Part shown: in pieces, positions 34,826 to 48,136 of the stretch
Layout of the letters: each line of letters opens with the position of its first letter
Position numbering within the stretch: position 1 is the stretch's first letter
Source: Gekko japonicus
Lineage: Eukaryota
Direction: 5' to 3'
Length of the DNA: 64,000 nt
Assembly: GCF_001447785.1 (NCBI RefSeq)
Contig: NW_015167545.1
Coordinates: 693,555-757,554, forward strand
Translations under genes and position numbers: made by a program
Notes under the pieces: generated by a model
What the model was told of the DNA's origin: nothing
The model's database searches: none
What the model saw: the letters and a program-made list of their open reading frames with translations, nothing else

Positions 34826-37192
34826 CTGAAACTGTCTTTAAATTTGCTGTGGACTAGCTTGCTTGTGGCCAGAGAGATCACCTTGGGGAAAACTCAAAAT
34901 CCAACATTATTGAAAGAAATCCAAACAATGCTGATGGTGTGCGAAAATCAAAAGGATTTTATTGACACATTCTGGCAGAAAACTCACTGAAATGTATAAA
35001 GTGGATGTTTTGTAGGCAACTGGACACAGTATATTGCACTGATTCGTTAGCCAACAGGATAATTATTTCAACGCACAGGATGTTCTTAGAATTACAGACA
35101 CCAACAAATTCCTCTATTCTGAAGTAAAATAAAAAACCCCAGAAAACTGGACACAGGAGACACAGTGATTTTGCAAGTCCAGAGTGATTTAATAGGTTTC
35201 AGCCTGACATATCTTTTCAGAATGACCTTCTGTAGTCCAGGTAGTGAAACCACACAACTGGTTGAAATAATGAAAGCTTATTAAGTGACCCCCCTACCCC
35301 GCCACATGCCCGTTTGCTTCACGGCTGTAATCCAGGAGTGCTTGCAAAATTTTCATGCTGCCCGTTCTGGTTGAGTTGACTTGAATCGTGTAGGCTGTGG
35401 AATTCTCAGACTTTATCACTCAAGCGGATTCACTTCCAAAGTTCAGAACACCGAATCCGAACCTCTTCCGAATGTGACTGACTGCACATTACACCCACAA
35501 CGCAATCCCTTGTGGGAACTCCTCGACACTGCCTCACCTCCCAACGGAAGAGTGGTGTCAAAAGGGGATGGTTTGCAGGCAAGAAGCAATCCTCTCTCCC
35601 TGAGATCTCCAGCCCCATATTTTTGATGGAAATATGTATCTGGAATATGGGCTGGGGGGTTCTTTATAAATATTTGAAAACCGAGTTGCAGGGGGGAAAG
35701 TGGAGGGCAGGGGAGGAATTCGGCACATAGTACGGAGGCAAAGGGAAAGGTCTCCTAATACATACTCCAGACAGACTTTGCGGCTCAGTCCTAAAGCTGC
35801 AATGCTTTGTGGGCTTATTCCAGAGCAAGCTCTACTGAACACTGTGGGACATTTTGGGGTAGAAATACATACAATCAAGCGGTGTGAGAGCCTTCACACA
35901 GAGCACTAAGAAGGGTATATGGATTTTCTGTTTCTGTTCTAGGACATTACATCAATATTAATTATTCCTTAACACTGACGACTGTCCGAAACAGTCTACC
36001 CCTTTCTAGTACAGAAGGCCATCCTCCTCGGGCTCTATATTTTTATAGCCATAACGGCCATCGGCAATTGGTAACACGTAACTTTGAGAATGCCTGTGTT
36101 CACAGGAACGGAAAAATCCACATGCTACATTCTCATAACCTTTATTAGGTCAAAACAGCCAGTCTATATCCTCAGCACAATCAAACCACATACAAAGGAC
36201 TGCACCCATATCAATGCGTTTTGCCTAGCAGCTTCCCTGACAGGCCAGTTTTTACAAGCAGTGAGGTTCCTCTCATGCAGAAAAGCATTTTTCAAACTAT
36301 TTTGCCCCACACCCAAAATTGCCACCCACAGCCTGTAGCAATACAACCCAGGAGATTTCCCAGTTGACTTATCTGATTGGCTAGGACAAAAAAAAGACAA
36401 CAATATGGAGTGCTCCCTCTGTTCCCTGATAGATCAATGGACATGGGGAAGAGAATTAGAAGCTTTAGAGGTTCCCAACGAAGAGGAAAGCAAGGCGCCT
36501 GTTTGTTAACTTTCTGCAAATCCACAAAATGAGGGCAGAGGAATCAGAGAGGAATGAGCAGTCTCCCTGGCAGCTGTTTATGAAAGGCCCTGCATACACA
36601 TGATCAAGAGCAAACATCCCAAAGGCCTTTAGACCCTCTGGCTGTTTTCCCTTCAAGTTTCAGATCCAGGATGGAACTGGGTAGATACAGTAAAATTACA
36701 CATCCTTAACAAGTGGGTTGACCAGGCAGTAAATTTGCTGGAGTGTCAGGAACAGAAAGAGCTATTTTAGGCAGAAGAAAAGCTCTGTAAGTTTGACAAT
36801 CGACCATGATTTTGGAAAAAAAAAATGCAGAGGAATTCACTGGAGAACCCACCCCCCTGATTAAATACAGCATTCATTCAAGATATTAAAGCTCGTGCAA
36901 CTACTTAAATGTGTGCGTTTTCATCAGCACCTGCCGGCTCTTGGGAGTATCTGTCTGTGTTTCAAATCACAGAGAGCCAGGTTATGTGGCTGGACACTAA
37001 ATCTTAAATTATGGCCCTATGCTTTTCCCCCAACACATCTCTAAGTGCTCCTGCAGCGACTTAAAAAAAAAAAGAGGTATGCAGTCCTTTCAAAAATCAA
37101 CGTTTCTGTTGTCACACGCATACCCTCAAATGAACTTAAAAGACATACTGGTCAGTTTAAATCTACAGGCAGATGCCATTCAATCTGTGACT

Positions 37193-37257
37193 TTACTGCA
37201 AAGGAGAAATCTTCAATGGTATCATAATTCTGGATTCCATTTCCTGAATCAGAGGGA
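37193..37257 (-). CDS. NIPSNAP2: Protein NipSnap homolog 2 (GBAS), exon 10
   Basis: (V)PLIQEMESRIMIPLKISPLQ*. ttccag acceptor. The spliced CDS totals 858 nt (285 aa). Candidate minus-strand AATAAA signals at 36141-36146 and 34958-34963. Confidence 0.96.
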
Positions 37258-37647
37258 CTGGAAATAAAAAAGAAGACAAAGGCCTTGTTTGTTAATTCAA
37301 AAAGGCTTATGCAGAAGTTACACATGAAACATGGGTGGGACTTGACCGCCAACAAATATTACACAAGTAAGCAGAAACGTCAAAATTTCCTAGGGGCGGA
37401 GGCTGGCACACCCTCAGCCGGCCCTCTGAACTTGGAAGATGCAGACTATGCAAATGAAGAATTCTCTCAGTCCGCCTGCGATCCTCCTGCGTGCTCCGTG
37501 CAAAGTGGGAATGGTGGAATGTTTAGGGTAATAACGATCCCTTTGCCAGTCATTGGGACAAACCACAAAGGAGCTATGGCAGAGACTCAAAGGGAGAGCG
37601 GTGCAGGAATTCAAAACACCCCGTGGCCAAATCCCTCCGTTGGATAA

Positions 37648-37989
37648 CAGGGGTCATTTCGTAGAAAAAGAGCTAGGGGAACTCATTAACATAACTCATT
37701 AGCATATGCCACACCCCCTGACATCAGGGGCCTGGCGGTGGACCTGCAAGGCCGGCGGAAGTGCGAGGAAGCCCCGCCAAGGCCCTCTCTGGCCCCAGGC
37801 AGGCAGGGGTGGGGAGAGGCGGGGAGGAAGCAACTTACCCTCCCTCTTCTCCTGCTTCCTCCTGGCTGAATGAGGGCTGGAAGCGGGGTGGCCAAAAGCA
37901 GGGGGCGGGGCTTCATCGTGTGCCCCACCCCCCTGCACCTCACCCGGGGGAACTGCGTTCCCCCGCGATCCCCCCCGAAATGACCTCTG
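37648..37989 (+). mobile_element. hAT-type MITE, family B
   Basis: Same TIRs and body as the 11278 copy. TSD not clean. Confidence 0.87.
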
Positions 37990-38061
37990 GATATGAACAC
38001 AGCGAAGTCTCAGAAGGGATGGAAATTCGGTTTCTGGATCACGAGAGCAGCAAATTGTTAC

Positions 38062-38145
38062 CTGTGTAGTACACCAGCTCATCCCATCCAGGTTTGTGCC
38101 ATGCAGAGTTTCTTGTGTCTTCTCTGGACTGGAGATCTTTGTAAG
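38062..38145 (-). CDS. NIPSNAP2: NIPSNAP2 exon 9
   Basis: (A)[27 protein letters not shown], 84 nt, bounded by AG/GT. Confidence 0.96.
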
Positions 38146-38726
38146 CTGGGAGTGTTAGAGGAAAAGAAACCGGTGCCTTGATTTGCATTCACATCCTCCT
38201 TTCAAACAGAGCTGAATACCACAGACAAGCAGGTCTGCGGTCAGGTCTCCACTATAGACCCTGAACGGCTTTCACTGTCATAGCACCACCCGCCCTTCCC
38301 CATGGGGCTGCATCTCAATGAGGAGGCTTGGATGAACTGCTTGCAAGTGACAGAGGATTCATTTGTAGGAGGGGCAGCACAGACTCTTTGTTAAAGGGGA
38401 GTGCACACCCCTGGCTCTTGAGATGTTCAGATGCCAGAGTTACTGCCTGTTCCATCCCTCCCCAGGATGCCTCTTGTTCAGCCATAGACAGAAGGACGGC
38501 TGCCTCCCTAGAAAGCAGAGCAGAGGAGCTCTCTGGGATATTCTCATGTCAATTTGGTGGTTCTTATGCATAAAGTGTGCATGGACGGTGCATAAGTAAG
38601 GTATGCCCTGCTATATAACCTGTGGCGTATGCAACGCTGTTTGCCTTTCCCAGCCCCAAATGCAGTGATAAAAACACAAACAAAACCTGAGCACTCTTCT
38701 GGGGGGGAAATTATTGGGGTGCCAAC

Positions 38727-38906
38727 CAGTGTTCCCTCTAAGTTGTGGAGCAAAAATTCTACTCTGTGAGCTACTGGCATTAAAGCTGTGAGCGAGCAAT
38801 TTGGCTACTGCAACAATTAATTTGCTCTGGAGCCCTTTCCTGAGCTAAGCCAGAGGCTAAAGAACTGTGAGCTAACTCACACTAACTCAGCTTAGAGGGA
38901 ACACTG
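38727..38906 (+). mobile_element. hAT-type MITE, family C
   Basis: TIRs plus perfect TSD gtgccaac. Confidence 0.88.
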
Positions 38907-38988
38907 GTGCCAACTGCACCCTTATGAGTTGTAACAGCAAGGAGCAAAGGTAAGGTGTGCTTACCGAATCACACTGAAGCCAACTTAC

Positions 38989-39083
38989 CCCAGAGATGAT
39001 GAACCATATACAGCTGCCCAATCTGTGAGAAAAATCCTCCAACGGCTTCTTCGTTGTCTTGTCGGAAACGAATGGCACGGGCC
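38989..39083 (-). CDS. NIPSNAP2: NIPSNAP2 exon 8
   Basis: [31 protein letters not shown], 95 nt. Confidence 0.96.
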
Positions 39084-39373
39084 CTGAAAAGAAAAGATGG
39101 GGCTTTAAAAATCGAACGTGAGTTCCGGAGCTGAGACAGCAAAGGCAGGCATAGTTACCATGGCACCAGAATGCAGCAATGCCCTGGGCACCCCATATTT
39201 AAAAACAAACCAGCCCACCCAAGCCATCAATATTCAGAGCTTAATATTTCAAGTTCCGACAAGCCCATATTAATTTAGTTTATATCAGAGCACCTGTTAT
39301 AATTTCAGCCAGATCATTGTATATATACAGCCTATAAAGCTTTTAATATATTCATTGTTTTATAATCTTTATT

Positions 39374-39680
39374 AAAGGTAAAGGTAAAGGTTTCCCTGGC
39401 TCGAAAGCCAGTCGAATCCGACTCTAGGGTGCGGTGCTCATCTCCGTTTCCAAACCGAAGAGCCAGCGCTGTCCAAAGACATCTCTGTGGTCATGTGGCT
39501 GGCATGACTAGACACCAAGGCGCACAGAACGCTGTTACCTTCCCACCAAAGTGGTACCTATTTATCTACTTGCAATTTCTTGCTTTTGAACTGCTAGGTT
39601 GGCAGGAGCTGGGGCCAGAGACAGGAGCTCACTCCATCATGCAGCACTTGGGTCTCGAACTGCTGACTACCAACCTTCCA
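39374..39680 (-). mobile_element. Sauria SINE
   Basis: (AAAGGT)3 tail on the plus strand plus the family body. Confidence 0.82.
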
Positions 39681-41776
39681 GTATTTTCCAAACTCCTAAT
39701 CTCTATTTTTGCATATCATTAAAACACAAGAGCAGGACCATTCAGAGTTGGGGGGAGTAGCTATCATTCTGAATTTCTCCTTCAGTTCAAGTCAGCTCTG
39801 CTTGAGAGGAAGTTATCAGATAGTTATTGGACTTTTATGTGACAACTACACAAAACCTTTCATTGTTCATCTTGTTTAAAAACCACCTTGCAGAAATGGG
39901 TCTCATCTTCTCATTTTAAAGAACAACTGCTGCTGCTTCTTAATTACTGTTTCCACAACAAAAGTCATAAAAAGCGATTAAAGAACAACTAAGGAATTAA
40001 GACTCAAAGACTCAGCAAAAATTACTTTTTAAACGTTGATGGATGAAGGGCTGTTTCAGTAAACAGCAAACCAAAAGGTTGTTTTTCTCTGAGAACAACT
40101 CTGATATTTTCCCCTTGTATGGGTTCTTATCCTCCTGGGTATTCACCCTCTCTGCGTGTCAACAAATTCAGTTAGCCAAACAAAGGGTGAGTGAGATTGC
40201 TATCCAGGAGGACAGTGTCCTGAGATGAAGTTTCAGGTGCTCACCTTACCAGCTTGTTCTAAAAACAGTCCAGTGTTTTTGAAGGTTATTTACATTAAAG
40301 AATCAGTCAATGCACCATGAAGGTGCACTCATAACCTTCTGGCCAGATGTATGTTATCCTTTCCAGGAACAAGTTCAAGGAAGACTGTGGGTTTGCAGCA
40401 GAAACAGGATGTGCACAGCACTGACAGACTGGTGACTGTGGCATCGTGAACCCCCATTCACCCATGCTTCTAAAATGATTGCATTTTTGTTTCTAAAAGG
40501 GTGTGTGTGCACACACATTGAATAAATTTTAAACTGAATCAGCAATATTTTATGAAAAAAATAAAAAGCAGACAGTCTCGGTGGGGGTGGGTTGAAGACT
40601 GAAACCGCTCCTAAGTACATTTATTTTTAACAAACCAAAGGAATGAGAAAGTTGTGCCTACCCCAGAGGTAATCATCTTTCAATGAACAACGTTTGTATT
40701 CATCTTTTTTTTAAAAGCTGCTTTGGCATGCATTTTGCAAAGCACACACCCATTTAGAGTTTTAGTCTATGGTCTGCAAAGTCATGCCCACAGGGAAGCC
40801 TTCCCCAGACTATAGTGGAAAATCAGTCCAATACAATTGCTGAAAACACCTAAAGGACCACAATGGCTTGAAGTCCTAAAAAATAGATTTCTGGGATTGG
40901 AAACTAAGAGACTGGTTGAGCATATCCTAAAAAAAGCAACATCCAAGAAGCAATTCAGCAATCCTAGCAAGAAGGGTTGCCATGAGTCACTAGTGACTTG
41001 ACGGCACTTAACACACAAAAAAGCACAGCAAGACGTCGCTTGGGAAACTAACACCTGGGATGCAGAGCAAGTGGAAGGAGGAAATCACTCAGTGGGCAGA
41101 AAGCAAGTTAACCCAACACAAATCCTGCCCAGAACAATTGTGCAGAAACCATTACAAAAGAGACTGCTATGAATTATTTGGAAAGGAACTGAAAAGAAAA
41201 CAGCAAGTATTATAGCATCACTAAACTGAGCTATGATATGGAACAATTACATGACTGCATTTAGAACAAGTATTCTTAACGTGGGGTCTGTGGATAGATT
41301 TCAGGGGGTTCATGAACTTGGATGGCAAAAGATTACATCTTCTTTTCACTAACCTTAACTGAAATATACCATTTCCTTCAATTATGAATGTAGGCATCAA
41401 ACCACAGTACAAAAAATGTTAAGACCCCTGGTTTAGAAAGAGATAATGGATACTAGCTTGATTAAACAGGATGAGGAGTCTTGGTTTATCAAGAGCTAAT
41501 GACTGTAATGGCTAAATCCTTCACATTGACAGGCACTATATCTCTGATTACCATACATTTTCGTGCCTTGCTCGTGAGTTTCTAGAGAAATATGGCTGGT
41601 CTCTGTTGGAGGCAGAATGCTAGATTACATGGACCGTCATCAGACCTGGCAAGGCAAGTCATATATTCACCGAAACCTCCTTCCAACACCTTCTTTACCG
41701 CTAGAATACAATATATAGATGACTGCTTTGCGGGTAAGTCTAGGATGCCATTCATAATATAGTGAAGGACACTTAC

Positions 41777-41808
41777 CAGTAGTTTCCCCACTCAATCATT
41801 GTTCCAGG
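41777..41808 (-). CDS. NIPSNAP2: NIPSNAP2 exon 7
   Basis: PGTMIEWGNY(W), 32 nt, tttcag acceptor and GTAAGT donor. Confidence 0.95.
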
Positions 41809-42609
41809 CTGAAAGAAAAAGAAAGGATGCAACTAAATAATCAAACCAGAATTCCTCTCTCCATTTCCCAGATTGGGAAGAGAACACAGGCTGCCCCCTT
41901 TACCTCTACGAAACCTTTCATGTTCTATTTAGTGAGTAAAAAGACAATTCAAGAGACCAGCAATAAGTATGCTTCCAGTAGGGTTGGCCATCATTAAAGA
42001 TTTGGTCAACGACAAGGCTAAATATTGTCAAATATGATCAAATAATGGTCAAATATTTTAAAAGTATTAACTTTAATTTTTAAAGACTCAAAAGATATTG
42101 TAATGCTAGTTACAAAAACAATTAATTAACTAGCACTGCAAAACAGTGACTTTGTTTTTAATTGCACTGAATTACTATAACATTTAAAAATATTAGGTAA
42201 GGTTTTTATAAATGTGAACAAGTCTTCTCCTTGGCCTTTATCCTGGAACTTCAGGATCAGCCTGCAGTTACATATTTTTGTTTTTTTTAATGTAATTAGA
42301 ATAGAAATAAAACAAAATATCAGCAACTATTAGAAAACAGAGGTCCCGGTCACACGGGCAGGATATCGCGGGGGGGAGGCGTGGCTGTTTGCCCCGGAGC
42401 GAACTACCGCGCGGCCGCCGGATCAAACGTCCCCCCGACATCCCATAGTTCCGGGGGGAGGTGCCGATCATACGTAAATCCTGCGGCACGGCAAAGAAGC
42501 GGCACGACGGGGGTTGTGTGTTTTTTAACCGAAGTGTGCGCATGCGCCGTTGGGTGCTTGTGCACATTCCATGTTTTTTTTTTTAACCGAAGTGTGCCCA
42601 TGCGCCGTT

Positions 42610-42848
42610 GGGCATATGGAGCAGAGGTCCATCCCTGGCTATTAGCCACAAGGTACAGATGGATGTCTGGGGCAGTGATACTCTGTATACGTGGTGCTTG
42701 GGGGGCCACAGTGGGAGGACTTCTGGAGTTCTGGCCCTGCTGGTGGACCTCCTGATGACATCTGGGTTTTGTCCACTGTGTGACACAGAGTGTTGGACTG
42801 AATGGGCCATTGGTCTGATCCAACATTGGCTTCTCTTATGTTCTTATG
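42610..42848 (+). mobile_element. CR1 LINE 3' end
   Basis: Ends in ...tggtctgatccaac...ttctcttatgttcttatg, the octamer-repeat tail typical of squamate CR1. Confidence 0.72.
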
Positions 42849-43245
42849 AGCACAGCTATTGGCATTAGTAGGGGTGTGGTCAGGAATACTATTTAGTGGA
42901 TGTGGCTTTTGCCTGTTCAAAAGACAGAACTTCCAAGAGAAAACCAGCAAACATGGAACCACTGGTGCAGTACAATCTCTGTTACCGGCATCTAGCAGTA
43001 GCCAGGCTGCCCTGTACTCTACCAGTAATAGCCTTCTAACAATATTTACAGGCAGGCCTATACAGAGTGTGTTGCTGGAGTACAGTCTGAATTTTAAGCT
43101 CCAACGTGACTAACTGAATCCCCTGTTACCTTGGTAAAAGAGATACTCATTTCTGAGGGGAACAATTCTGAGGCAAAGATAATGACAGGCACAGTTTTAT
43201 TGTATTTTTTTAAATCATATTCTAAAAATCTAAAAGGGCACTCAC

Positions 43246-43386
43246 ACGAAGTTGGTAAGACCTCAGTTCATAGATATTGGGGCCTGCCCTGGGAACTGGT
43301 TCATTCCAGAAACTGAACTCCAGCAGCAGCTGATTCTTGCGCGAAAGAAGCATATTTCCCCTTGCTTTGCGAAACTCCATGAACTC
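43246..43386 (-). CDS. NIPSNAP2: NIPSNAP2 exon 6
   Basis: [47 protein letters not shown], 141 nt. Confidence 0.96.
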
Positions 43387-43567
43387 CTAAAAAACAAAAA
43401 TCCAGAGTGCAGAAGTGTAACAACAAGATGCTCTACATGCTTATTAAAAACTAATCCAGAGCATGCTATTTGGTTCCGGGGCATTAACAACTTAAACCTT
43501 GAATTCTACCAAATCTAATAATGTATTTGATATACAAATTTTGGGACACCTGGTTGACGTACAAATA

Positions 43568-43815
43568 GGGGAGGGGCTGTGGCTCAGTGGCAGAGCCATT
43601 TATTTATTTACTTATTGCATTTTACCCTGCCCTCCCCGCATGCAGAAGGTCCCAGGTTCAATGCCCAGCATCTCCAGCTGAAAGGATTAGGTTGGAGGTG
43701 ATGTGAAAGACCTCAGCCTGAGACCCTGGAGAGCGGCTGCCAGTCTGAGTAGACAATATTGACTTCAATGGACCGAGGGTCTGATTCAGTATAAGGCAGC
43801 TTCATGTGTTCGTGT
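43568..43815 (+). mobile_element. Squam2-type tRNA-derived SINE
   Basis: gtggctcagtggcagagc (A box) ... ggttcaatgcc (B box) ... tataaggcagcttcatgtgttc tail. Confidence 0.72.
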
Positions 43816-45455
43816 CAAATTCTTGCAACAATTATACGTTAAAAATTCAGAAGGCAACAAAAATTCTTTTTTTCAGAATTGATTGCCACTGAAGGCCAAA
43901 GCAGAAGCAATGGGGATGAGGAATCCACACATATGTATTTATATGTAAAGCAGGAGTGGGGGAATCTTACTTTTTATAGAAGTTGGAACATGCAGGTGCT
44001 TTATCTATTTCCACCCTAAATTACTTCTTGCATCAGAGCTGGTCTGGGAGAAAAATGTTTTGAATGGTGGAAAGCAAGGAGGTAAAGAGGGAGTAGGGAG
44101 AGGATTTAACCTCACTTGCACGCTCTGTTTTCTGTAAAAAGTAGACCCCCCCAATTTACATATGAACAAGTGGGCATATGTATAAATACACACTGATCAT
44201 GTTTAGTTGGATCCTGAGTGCTGGGACAACACACAAGTACATTCATCAGAAGAGGGAGAGCAGGGTGGGTGGCATAGTTTTGTAACAGATTCAAGTGGGT
44301 AGCTGTGTTGGTCTGAAGCCACAGAACAAAGTTTGAGTCCAGCGGCACCTTTAAGACCAACAAAGTTTAGTTCTGGGTGTAACTTTGTTGATCTTAAAGG
44401 TGCCACTGGACTCAAACTTTGTTCTATTGGTTTTGTAATGTAATGGCAAAATGTCACCATACAAAAGCCCACCCTTCTTCTTAAATGCACAGTATAAAAG
44501 ATGGTTACAGCAAAGTGTATCCTGTACACAGCAAAAGTCAGGGACTACTTGACTCTGCCTCGGGGGACTAGAAGAACAGGCGCTGCTAACCTCAACCTGG
44601 ATGGAGCAGCCAATGCCCTAAAGCAAGTGTGAAGTTACCAAAAAATGTTTCTACATGACGCTTCAGAGACAAATTGAGTCTGGCCAAAAGATATGGATCT
44701 TCACCAAGATCATGACGGTCAGCTTCACAGGAACAATACTTTTAAGTTAACAGCTTGCTTCCGTGACAGGTTACAGCAGGCTTAACTTGGAAGTAGATGG
44801 AACAGAGATTTCCTGGCTATTTTCTTCACACTAAGACTAAGGCTTCAAGCAGCTGCCCCTAAGTTTCCATTCAGTTAGTAAACTTGCTTATTGCCTCTTG
44901 CTAATCTCATGACAGAAGAAGTTCCAAAGGCCCCACATGCAGTCAGCATGTACTCATCCTTTTAAGTGGGAAGAAACAAGTGCCTGTCAGGCTCCTTCTG
45001 AGTCAAAGGGCAAAGAACTGGAGCAACAGCAACGTAGGCAGACCACTGAACATGCCTGGCCTGGAAACTTTCACAGCAGTCTATTGAAGAGGACTGTAAA
45101 GGAGTGAAGAGCTTCCCTGTTCCTGCCGTCTGCTTCTTGTTTATTGTTTATTGGCATAAGTACAAGTGATGATGCTTCATCCTAACATAACTGAAAGTTA
45201 GAATACTTTCAACACCAGCATACCTTGCACAGTTTATGCAATGACAGCAGTGAGTACAACACTCTACGGCTCTCGTTTTTCAAGCCACAAGGCAGCCTTT
45301 GGAAACCTGGAGTTTAAACTTGCAGCTTATGCTCTGTTAGAGGATGCTTCTAGCAGAGGTCATAGTATCTAAACCAAAACCCACTGAAATCGGCAGTGTC
45401 ACCCGGTTCTGAATAGGGCGGAGCTGATACAGTCCAGCTTTATACTTGGCCTTAC

Positions 45456-45526
45456 CTTATCATGTCGAAGCTTGCTCATGACCTCCGTAAGGGCTGGGTA
45501 GCCTCCCTCATATCGCCAGAGGTGGA
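45456..45526 (-). CDS. NIPSNAP2: NIPSNAP2 exon 5
   Basis: (V)HLWRYEGGYPALTEVMSKLRHDK, 71 nt. Confidence 0.96.
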
Positions 45527-45744
45527 CTGGAATCAAAAGGGGCAAGTTTTAAAGTCCCCTCCTCTTTAGAGAGACACTCGACTGGCTCGTTCTGCCCACC
45601 TCTTTCCCTCTGTTTCAAGTGGGCTTCAGCTCCATACCTCTAGCTTCCACATAAGTGGATAAACCACTTTGCTCTCTTTCGGTGCCCATTAAGACCACTA
45701 GGGGTCTCAAGACAGGAAGCCATGCTGGAGACCTGCCTCCTGAG

Positions 45745-45950
45745 CAAAGTTCCCTCTAAGCTGTGGAGTCTTGTGAGCAAAACTTCTACTTTGTGAGCTA
45801 CTGGCATTAAAATTGTGAGCAAGCAATTTGGCTACTGCATAAATTAGTTTGCTCTGGAGCCATCCTTTCTGAGCTAAGACAAAAATGTGTGAGCCAAAGA
45901 CTAAAAAACTGTGAGCTAGCTCACACTAACTCAGCTTAGAGGGAACAGTG
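45745..45950 (+). mobile_element. hAT-type MITE, family C
   Basis: TIRs plus perfect TSD ctcctgag. Confidence 0.88.
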
Positions 45951-46178
45951 CTCCTGAGCCACCCACCACTCCCTTGAAAGGCTTCTGAGCCTTGGTCACC
46001 TGGAGATTGACTCTGCTCCATGCCCCACCCTCTCAGGCTCCTTAAGCCACTGGCTGCCCTTTGACTCCGGGACCTTGTTTGGCAACCCACAGGTTCTCAG
46101 CCTGGCTAGAACAGAACACCTGTCGCAAACACACATCACCGGCACGGTTGCAGGTTGTGTTGTACATCTATCTCCTAC

Positions 46179-46273
46179 CAGCCTGATCTTGCTCTCCGTA
46201 CCACGTGTTCCACGTCCCCACCAGTGTACATGGATACTCCTTCCCTTCGTGGATCTTTGGCAGCACCTCTTTA
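46179..46273 (-). CDS. NIPSNAP2: NIPSNAP2 exon 4
   Basis: [31 protein letters not shown], 95 nt. Confidence 0.96.
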
Positions 46274-46493
46274 CTTTAAAAAAGAAAAGAAACAGACACA
46301 TCATGTTGAATTTCCTTCACTGTGACCAATCCTCAGAACAAAATCGCAGCCCTCTCACCTGATGTTAAACGTACAATTTTAAAAATTGCTACCAAAAGGG
46401 AAAATAATAATAATTTGAGTGGAGGAATTATTTTAGAATGAACACTCTAATGCATGAGACCGGAAGCTTCTTCACTGTGCAGCACAAACTGAT

Positions 46494-46780
46494 GCAGCCA
46501 GTTTGGTGTAGTGGTTAAGTGCGTGGACTCTAATCTGGGAGAACTGGGTTTGATTCCCCACTCCTCCACTTGCACCTGCTGATGTGACCTTGGGTCAGTC
46601 ACAAGCTCTGGCACAGCTGTCCTTGAAAAAGAGCAGTTTGTGTCAGAGTTCTCTCAGCCCCACCCACCTCACAGGGTGTCTGTTGTGGGGAGGGGAAGGG
46701 AGAGGAGTTTGTAAGCCGCTCTGAGACTCCAAGTGAAGGGCAGGGTATAAATCCAATCTCTTCTCTTCTTCTTCTTCTTC
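46494..46780 (+). mobile_element. Squam3-type SINE, full length
   Basis: tggtgtagtggttaa A box, ggtttgattcc B box, (CTT)n tail. Confidence 0.82.
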
Positions 46781-47047
46781 AAACGTATATCCCAGAATGC
46801 TCATTGGTTTACATTTAACTCAATCTGTATCAGACTGCAATTTTAAGGAGAAGCGTCTTTTAAAAATTCCTGGGCATCTGGGATAGCGCACTTCTTCGGT
46901 GACTTTGAGCCAGTCTCCCTCTCTCTCTCAGCCTAACCAACCTTACAAGAGTCTTTTTAGGGTTCCTCTCGTCAGTTTAGCTGCTGCATGACTATACAGT
47001 CACAGATGGATTAAAAAATAGCCTCTACACTGGTTGTTCTTGGTTAT

Positions 47048-47397
47048 AGGTAAAAGTAAAGGTTCCCTTGCTCGGAAGCCAGTCGAATCTGACTCTAGGG
47101 TTGCGGTGCTCATCTCCGTTTCAAAGCCGAAGAGCCAGCGCTGTCTGAAGACATTTCCGTGGTCATGTGGCCGGCATGACTAAACGCCAAGGCGCACAGA
47201 ACGCTGTTCCCTTCCCACTGAAGTGGTACCTATTTACCTACTTGCAATTTCTTGCTTTCGAACTGCTAGGTTGGCAGGAGCTGGAACTAGAGACGGGAGC
47301 TCACTCCGTCATGCGGCACACTCGGGTCTCAAACTGCTGAACTACCTTCCACAGCCTGCAGTTCAGCGTCTTAACCACTTGAGCCACCGCAGCTCCC
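47048..47397 (-). mobile_element. Sauria SINE, near full length
   Basis: tRNA-like head (minus GGGAGCTGCGGTGGCTCAAGTGGTTAA) and ACCTTT-type tail. Confidence 0.85.
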
Positions 47398-48136
47398 TAC
47401 TTGCTTTATTGGTTATACTTGGCTATAAATCAAAAGCCCTGTTTTTATAACCACTTCTGAACGCTACAGTCCTGCATGTCATTTTTCTAACCCTGAGGAG
47501 AAAATAACCACATTAGTTGTGCTCATTTTTGCCCACAAAATGGACATGGTATGAGGGGCTGGACAGGAAACCCTAGACAAGCTGATTTCGTTACACTCGT
47601 AAGAGCCACAGTGTTCCAATTTTCCTTCTTCTAAACCAAAAGTCAGTATATTGTTATTGATATTTGCATCATTGATGTACACGGCACTTGAAAGGATACA
47701 GAAACACAGATCCCTGTTTCCTAAAATTTGACACAAGGGAGACGACAGACAGGGGAGGAAAACCGAGGAGGGGATAAACATTCATTTCAGTTATATGAAT
47801 TTAGTCTGAAGCTTCAAGTTTTAGTAGAGGATTTTAAGAAGTTTGCCAAAAGCTTCACGGAAAAGGTGGGTTTTGAGGAGAGATCTGAAAGAGGCAGGTA
47901 GCATCAAGCAGATGGTCTGCGAGGCAACTCTAGACATAATTCACAGCTTCTAGCTTCAAATCAGTGGCAAATACCTTGTTTCTTTTTTTTCTTTCTTTCC
48001 TCCTTTTCCTCATTATTCTTTCCCACTGTCTAAATCAAGACTGCTAGCTCCTTGGGGGCAGAGACCTGTTTTTTTACAAATTTATGCTGCTTTGTAAAGC
48101 ACCATAAGACATTGGTGGCACTGCATAGCCAACTAT

